A stretch of 64,000 nt of DNA from assembly GCA_902525635.1 (NCBI GenBank), contig CABZHV010000001.1, positions 76,347 through 140,346 on the forward strand, written 5' to 3'. Below the pieces are notes generated by a model that ran no database searches, was not told where the DNA came from, and saw nothing but the letters and a program-made list of their open reading frames with translations. Below are positions 58,845 through 64,000 of this stretch, piece after piece (position 1 is the first letter of the stretch; each line of letters opens with the position of its first letter). Made by a program: the position numbers and the translations under genes. Origin of the DNA: an uncultured SAR86 cluster bacterium (GTDB lineage: Bacteria; Pseudomonadota; Gammaproteobacteria; Magnimaribacterales; D2472).

Positions 58845-60421
58845 AATTGATTCATTGTATTGTCTTTGCCAGCTGCCTTTAGTGCTGCATCTCCTGCAAA
58901 GTATTCTTTATGGTCATCTCCCATATCTGAACCAGACATATTTTGATGCTTAACGCATGCAATGCCTTCTCTAATTTCTTTTCTTTGAACATTAGCAACA
59001 TATCCAAGCATTCCTTCACTACCAAAATATTCTTTTGCCAGATTATCAGTTGATAGGGCAGCGGTATGATATGTAGGCAAAGTAATTAAATGATGGAATA
59101 TTCCAGCCTCTTTTGAAGCATCAGCTTGAAACGTTCTAATTTTATCATCTGCTAATTTAGCCAAGTCTGTTTCATCATATTTTTCATTCATTAGGTCATC
59201 GCGATCATAATCAGAGATATCATCTCCATTTTCTGACATTGAATCATATACCTGCTGCCTAAAATTCAAAGTCCAATTAAATGATGGGCTATTGTTATAA
59301 ACAAGTTTTGCATTGGGCACTACTTTTTTAATTTCTTGCATCATTGATGCTATTTGCCCAATATGTGGCTTTTCTGTCTCAATCCATATTAAGTCTGCAC
59401 CATTTTGGAGGCTTGTAATTGAATCTAAAATACATCTTTCTTCACCAGTACCTTTTCTAAACTGATAAAGATTTGAGGGTAGTCTTTTAGGTCTAACTAT
59501 TTTACCTTTTCTATTTATCATTACATCACCATGTTTCATGTTTGACTCATCAATTTCATCAACATCAAGAAAAGAGTTATATTTATCTCCTAAATCACCT
59601 TCTTCATTAGTTATTGCTAGTCTTGCTGTTAGCCCAGCACCAAGTGAATCAGTTCGCGCAACAATAATCCCATCATCAACTCCAAGTTCTAAAAATGCAT
59701 ATCTAACTGCATTAATTTTTGCTAAAAATTCAGCATGTGGTACTGTGACTTTTCCATCTTGATGACCACATTGTTTTTCATCAGAAACTTGATTTTCTAT
59801 TTGAATTGCACAGGCCCCAGCTTCTATCATCTGCTTAGCCATTAAATAAGTTGCCTCTTCATTACCAAAACCAGCATCTATGTCAGCAATAATAGGCACA
59901 ATATGTGTTTCATAGTTGTTAATCTTATTCTGTATATCAATTTTTTCTTTATCATTTGCATTATCTAAATCTCTAAACAGCCCACCTAACTCTCTTGCAT
60001 CTGCTTGTTTTAAAAATGTGTATAATTCACTTATTAAACTAGCTACTGATGTCTTCTCATGCATTGATTGATCAGGCAAAGGACCAAATTGTGATCTAAG
60101 GGCTGCAATCATCCATCCAGAAAGATACAAATATTTTTTATTATTAGAGCCAAAATGTTTTTTAATTGATATTAATTTTTGTTGGCCAATAAAACCATGC
60201 CAACATCCTAATGATTGAGTATAAGCAGATGTATTTTTATCATATTCATCCATATCCTTACGCATAATACTTGCAGTATACTTAGCAATATCAATTCCAG
60301 TTTTAAATTGATTTTGTAATCTCATTCTAGCAACGTAAGTTGCATTGATTGAACTCCAATTTTTTGTATTTGAAGATAATATAGATGATGCATCATCAAT
60401 AGATTTATTATATTTTGACAT
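58841..60421 (-). CDS. aceA: Isocitrate lyase (long, about 530-aa type)
   Basis: The K(K/Q)CGH motif is present as EKQCGHQDGK. 526 aa. Confidence 0.9.
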   Translation of the reverse strand: MSKYNKSIDDASSILSSNTKNWSSINATYVARMRLQNQFKTGIDIAKYTASIMRKDMDEYDKNTSAYTQSLGCWHGFIGQQKLISIKKHFGSNNKKYLYLSGWMIAALRSQFGPLPDQSMHEKTSVASLISELYTFLKQADARELGGLFRDLDNANDKEKIDIQNKINNYETHIVPIIADIDAGFGNEEATYLMAKQMIEAGACAIQIENQVSDEKQCGHQDGKVTVPHAEFLAKINAVRYAFLELGVDDGIIVARTDSLGAGLTARLAITNEEGDLGDKYNSFLDVDEIDESNMKHGDVMINRKGKIVRPKRLPSNLYQFRKGTGEERCILDSITSLQNGADLIWIETEKPHIGQIASMMQEIKKVVPNAKLVYNNSPSFNWTLNFRQQVYDSMSENGDDISDYDRDDLMNEKYDETDLAKLADDKIRTFQADASKEAGIFHHLITLPTYHTAALSTDNLAKEYFGSEGMLGYVANVQRKEIREGIACVKHQNMSGSDMGDDHKEYFAGDAALKAAGKDNTMNQF

Positions 60422-60537
60422 TTAATTTCCCCATTTATGTAGTGAAGTAAATAATATTAATAAATCTATGTCAATACATATCAATAATCTTATTAAAACT
60501 GGGAATATATAGGTAGTTTTACTACAAAACAGGTATT

Positions 60538-61884
60538 TTATAGTTTATTTGCTATCCCAATATACTTTAATGGAGTTAGCTTTAACAATTTATCCTTAGA
60601 TTTATTTGAAATATCAAGACTATTTATAAAATTTAAATAATCACTTTCAGTCAGTTTTTTTCCTCTAGAGATATTTTTAAGTTGTTCGTAAGCATTATCA
60701 ATTCCCTCATATCGCATAACTGTTTGAATAGCCTCAGTTAAAACTTCCCAATTATTATTTAACTCAAGATTTATATGAGATTTGTTTGGAGTAATTTTAT
60801 TGATTCCATTTAAAAGAGATGAAATAGCTATTTGTGAGTACCCAAATGAAAGACCTATATTTCTTATTACAGTACTATCAGATAAATCTCTTTGTAATCT
60901 TGATTTAGTTAGTTTATTTACAAAAAATTCATTTAACGCATTCGATAAACCAAGATTACCTTCAGCATTTTCAAAATCAATAGGATTCACTTTATGAGGC
61001 ATTGTCGAGGATCCTACTTCATTTTTATTTAGTTTAAGACTAAAAATGTCATTGGAAATATAAATCCAAACATCTTGTGATAAATCTATACAGATATTAT
61101 TTATTCTTGTAAAAGTTTGAAGTAATTCAGCAATCCAGTCGTGAGGTTCAATTTGTGTTGTTAATGGATTTTGATTTACCTTAAAAGATTTTATAAATTT
61201 TTTTGTAACTAATTGCCAATTAAGATCAGGAACAGCAATATCAAATGCATGATAGTTACCAACAGCTCCGCTAAATTTTGCCATAGGTTCTATTAATTTT
61301 ACTTTGCTAATTTGTTTATCTAATCTTTCAGAAAAAACCTTTATCTCTTTTCCTATTGTTGACGGGGAGGCAGCTTGTCCATGTGTTCTCGATAAAAAAG
61401 GGATTTGAGACCAACTTGAAGATAGTTTTTTAAGATTTCTATTTAGTGTTTTTATATTAGACATATAAACATCAATTCCATCCTTTATCATTATTGCATA
61501 TGACAATGAGTTGATATCTTCACTGGTTAAACCGAAATGAATTAAGTGAGTATATTTAATTAATGTTTTATCTTTTTTAAAATAATTTTTTATAAAATAT
61601 TCAACTGCTTTTACATCATGATTAATCGTATTCTCAATTTTTTTTATTTTTAAGACACTTTTATTGTCAAAATTATTTTTAAATTTATTTATTTTCTTTA
61701 TAGACTCATTGCTTATTTTTAAGAATTTATTTGGGTAGTTTTTGCATAAAAACAACAACCATTCTAACTCAATGATAAATCTTATCTTTATAAGTCCATA
61801 TTCTGAAAAGATTTTTCTTGTTGGCTCAATTTTAGATAAATATCTATTATCAAGAGGTGAAATATTATTATGATCAAACTTCAT
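60538..61884 (-). CDS. purB: Adenylosuccinate lyase
   Basis: The fumarate-lyase signature GSSTMPHKVNP and the N-terminus ISPLDNRY are present. Confidence 0.95.
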   Translation of the reverse strand: MKFDHNNISPLDNRYLSKIEPTRKIFSEYGLIKIRFIIELEWLLFLCKNYPNKFLKISNESIKKINKFKNNFDNKSVLKIKKIENTINHDVKAVEYFIKNYFKKDKTLIKYTHLIHFGLTSEDINSLSYAIMIKDGIDVYMSNIKTLNRNLKKLSSSWSQIPFLSRTHGQAASPSTIGKEIKVFSERLDKQISKVKLIEPMAKFSGAVGNYHAFDIAVPDLNWQLVTKKFIKSFKVNQNPLTTQIEPHDWIAELLQTFTRINNICIDLSQDVWIYISNDIFSLKLNKNEVGSSTMPHKVNPIDFENAEGNLGLSNALNEFFVNKLTKSRLQRDLSDSTVIRNIGLSFGYSQIAISSLLNGINKITPNKSHINLELNNNWEVLTEAIQTVMRYEGIDNAYEQLKNISRGKKLTESDYLNFINSLDISNKSKDKLLKLTPLKYIGIANKL

Positions 61885-61896
61885 GAATACTTATCA

Positions 61897-62997
61897 TTAT
61901 GCGCTTTTAGAAATAATTCCACCACCTAAACAAAGATTTTTATCATAAAAAACTGCAGATTGACCAGGTGCAACTCCTCTTATACTTTGATTAAATTCGA
62001 CAGTAAATTTTTTATTTTTAACAAAGATTTTACATTCAACTGGTGTGTGTTGGTGTCGTACTTGGATCAAACAAGTTTTTGGAAATAAATAATCAATCTC
62101 ATTAATCCAGGAAATTTTGTCACACTCTAGATATTTACTAAATAAAAGTTCATTATCAATACCTTGGCAAACATATACTTCATTTTTTTTAATATCTTTA
62201 TCAAAAACATACCAGGGTAAATCCTCCTTACCTTTAAGACCACCAATTTTTAAACCTTGCCTTTGACCCTTGGTATATAAAGTTGCACCATCATGCTCAC
62301 CTATTTTTACTCCATATTCATCAATGATTGGCCCTTTAGTTAGGTTAATAAATCTTCCAAGAAAATCTTTCATATTTCTTTCACCAACGAAACAAATACC
62401 CACTGAATCTTTTTTAGAAGATATTGGTAGATTAATTTTTTTTGCTATATTTCTTACTTCATTTTTTTTAATGTTTTCAAGTGGAAAAATACATTTACTA
62501 AACTCTTTTTCTTTTACTTCGTGAAGAAAATAAGTCTGGTCTTTATCATTGTCTTTTGCTCTACATAAATAGTCTTTTCCATCAATTCGTTTGATAGATG
62601 CATAGTGACCTGTTGCAATAAAATCTGCTCCTATATTAAAGGCATACTCAAGAAAAGACTTAAACTTAATTTCCCTATTGCATAATATGTCTGGATTTGG
62701 TGTTCTGCCTAACTTGTGCTCACTCAAAAATTCTTCAAAAACCCTTTCCCAATATTCATTAGAAAAATTTGCTCTATGAAGAGGAATATCAAGAATGTCA
62801 CAAACCTTTGAGGCATCTTTAAAATCTATTTCTGAGCTACAAACCTCACCTGGTTCGCTTTGCCAGTTCTGCATAAATAATCCTATAACTTTATAGCCTT
62901 TTTCTTTTAATAAATATGCCGAAACAGAAGAATCAACACCTCCTGACATGCCAACAACGACTGTTTTTCTGAGATTATTCATGTTACTTAAATACAT
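61897..62997 (-). CDS. mnmA: tRNA 2-thiouridine(34) synthase
   Basis: The PP-loop VVGMSGGVDSS, the catalytic Cys context PNPDILCN and GICF are present. Confidence 0.95.
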   Translation of the reverse strand: MYLSNMNNLRKTVVVGMSGGVDSSVSAYLLKEKGYKVIGLFMQNWQSEPGEVCSSEIDFKDASKVCDILDIPLHRANFSNEYWERVFEEFLSEHKLGRTPNPDILCNREIKFKSFLEYAFNIGADFIATGHYASIKRIDGKDYLCRAKDNDKDQTYFLHEVKEKEFSKCIFPLENIKKNEVRNIAKKINLPISSKKDSVGICFVGERNMKDFLGRFINLTKGPIIDEYGVKIGEHDGATLYTKGQRQGLKIGGLKGKEDLPWYVFDKDIKKNEVYVCQGIDNELLFSKYLECDKISWINEIDYLFPKTCLIQVRHQHTPVECKIFVKNKKFTVEFNQSIRGVAPGQSAVFYDKNLCLGGGIISKSA

Positions 62998-63073
62998 TCA
63001 TAAATTAATATTTTAGGAGTATAATTAGCTCGGATTTTAACTGCAAACAAAGTTTATTAAGATCTATTATTTT

Positions 63074-64000
63074 ATGCCTTATAAAAAAATAAAAATACCA
63101 AAAAAGGGATCTAAGATTTCATATAAAAATGGAAAAATTGATGTTCCAGATAATCCTATAATTCCATTTATTGAAGGTGATGGGATTGGCGTTGATATCA
63201 CACCACCTATGATTAAAGTTGTGAATGAAGCAGTAAAAATTGCCTATAAAGGAACTAAGAAAATAGAATGGATGGAAGTATTTTGTGGCGAAAAAGCAAC
63301 AAAAATATATTCAAAGGATACTTGGTTGCCAGATGAAACTATTGATGCTTTGAAAGAATATGTTGTAAGTATAAAAGGACCATTAACAACTCCGGTAGGT
63401 GGTGGAATTAGATCTTTAAACGTGTCATTGAGACAAATTTTAGATTTATATGTATGCTTGAGGCCTATAAGGTATTTTGATGGTGTTCCATCTCCAGTAA
63501 AAAAACCAGAGGATGTTGATATGGTCATTTTTAGAGAAAATTCAGAAGACATATATTGTGGTGTTGAATTTGAGTCAAATTCTAAAGAAGCTAAAAGTCT
63601 TGTTAAAACATTAAAATCCAGATTCGAAGTTTCAAAAATTCGTTTTGATGAAAATGTTGGGATTGGAGTAAAACCTATTTCAAAAGAAGGAACATTTAGA
63701 TTGGTTAAAAAAGCAATTGATTATGCAATTGATAACAATAGATCATCTGTAACTTTAGTTCATAAAGGAAATATAATGAAATTTACAGAGGGTGCTTTCA
63801 GAGACTGGGGCTATGATTTGGCTAAAAGTATATATGGGGGTGAGGAGATAGATGAAGGACCTTGGCAGGAAATTACAAATCCAAATAATGGTAAAAAAAT
63901 TGTAATAAAGGATGTAATTTGTGATGCATTTTTACAACAAATTTTATTACGCCCAACTGAATACGATGTTATTGCAACGATGAATCTTAATGGAGATTAC
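63074..64000 (+). CDS. icd: NADP-dependent isocitrate dehydrogenase, 3' end outside the window; not in the ORF track
   Basis: The frame is open from ATG 63074 to the window edge. It translates to [17 protein letters not shown]...[10 protein letters not shown]...[30 protein letters not shown], classic Icd. Confidence 0.93.
   Translation, partial: MPYKKIKIPKKGSKISYKNGKIDVPDNPIIPFIEGDGIGVDITPPMIKVVNEAVKIAYKGTKKIEWMEVFCGEKATKIYSKDTWLPDETIDALKEYVVSIKGPLTTPVGGGIRSLNVSLRQILDLYVCLRPIRYFDGVPSPVKKPEDVDMVIFRENSEDIYCGVEFESNSKEAKSLVKTLKSRFEVSKIRFDENVGIGVKPISKEGTFRLVKKAIDYAIDNNRSSVTLVHKGNIMKFTEGAFRDWGYDLAKSIYGGEEIDEGPWQEITNPNNGKKIVIKDVICDAFLQQILLRPTEYDVIATMNLNGDY

Noticed and set aside
63244-63552. A 102-aa minus-strand ORF.
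   Set aside because: It lies antisense inside the clearly recognisable icd coding sequence, which is open from 63074 to the window edge.
1-64000. A search for CRISPR arrays, tandem or interspersed repeats, transposases, integrases, phage genes, toxin-antitoxin pairs or recognisable defence systems.
   Set aside because: None were seen. The only repeated sequence of note is the pair of tRNA-Arg genes. The window reads as core chromosome of a streamlined genome rather than an accessory island.

Overview
AT-rich (roughly one-third GC by eye), very densely packed chromosomal segment. Gene content and order point to a streamlined marine gammaproteobacterium, possibly SAR86-like; the taxon is inferred, not proven. 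I call about 69 protein-coding genes, 3 tRNA genes (Ser-GGA, Arg-TCG, Arg-ACG, all on the minus strand) and 3 clear intrinsic terminators. I see no rRNA, CRISPR array, transposase, integrase or prophage genes. Most of the window is housekeeping with recognisable synteny. One block is rne/rluC-rpmF-fabD-fabG-acpP-mltG-tmk-holB, as in Enterobacteria but with genes missing. Others are mfd-gap-nqrABCDEF-apbE-nqrM and icd/mnmA-purB, as in Pseudomonas, and divergent metG/mrp. Four short genes fall below the ORF-track cutoff and were found by hand translation: a Trm112/YcaR-like ORF, a DUF2970-like ORF, nqrM, and the 5' part of icd at the right edge. The least ordinary stretch is 11.0-19.8 kb, between and around the three tRNA genes. 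It holds a perfect consensus LexA operator inside a near-consensus promoter driving an orphan 72-codon ORF. It also holds a structured, GC-enriched leader with mutually exclusive helices ending in a terminator that abuts an EamA-rhodanese(-TonB receptor) gene string. A DUF3604 / parvulin-like / HupE-like three-gene cassette there is bracketed by two near-identical tRNA-Arg genes. A translationally coupled MoxR-VWA-membrane protein module (4.7-8.1 kb) is a second candidate for an undescribed functional unit. All family assignments come from motif recognition by eye; no database search was run.
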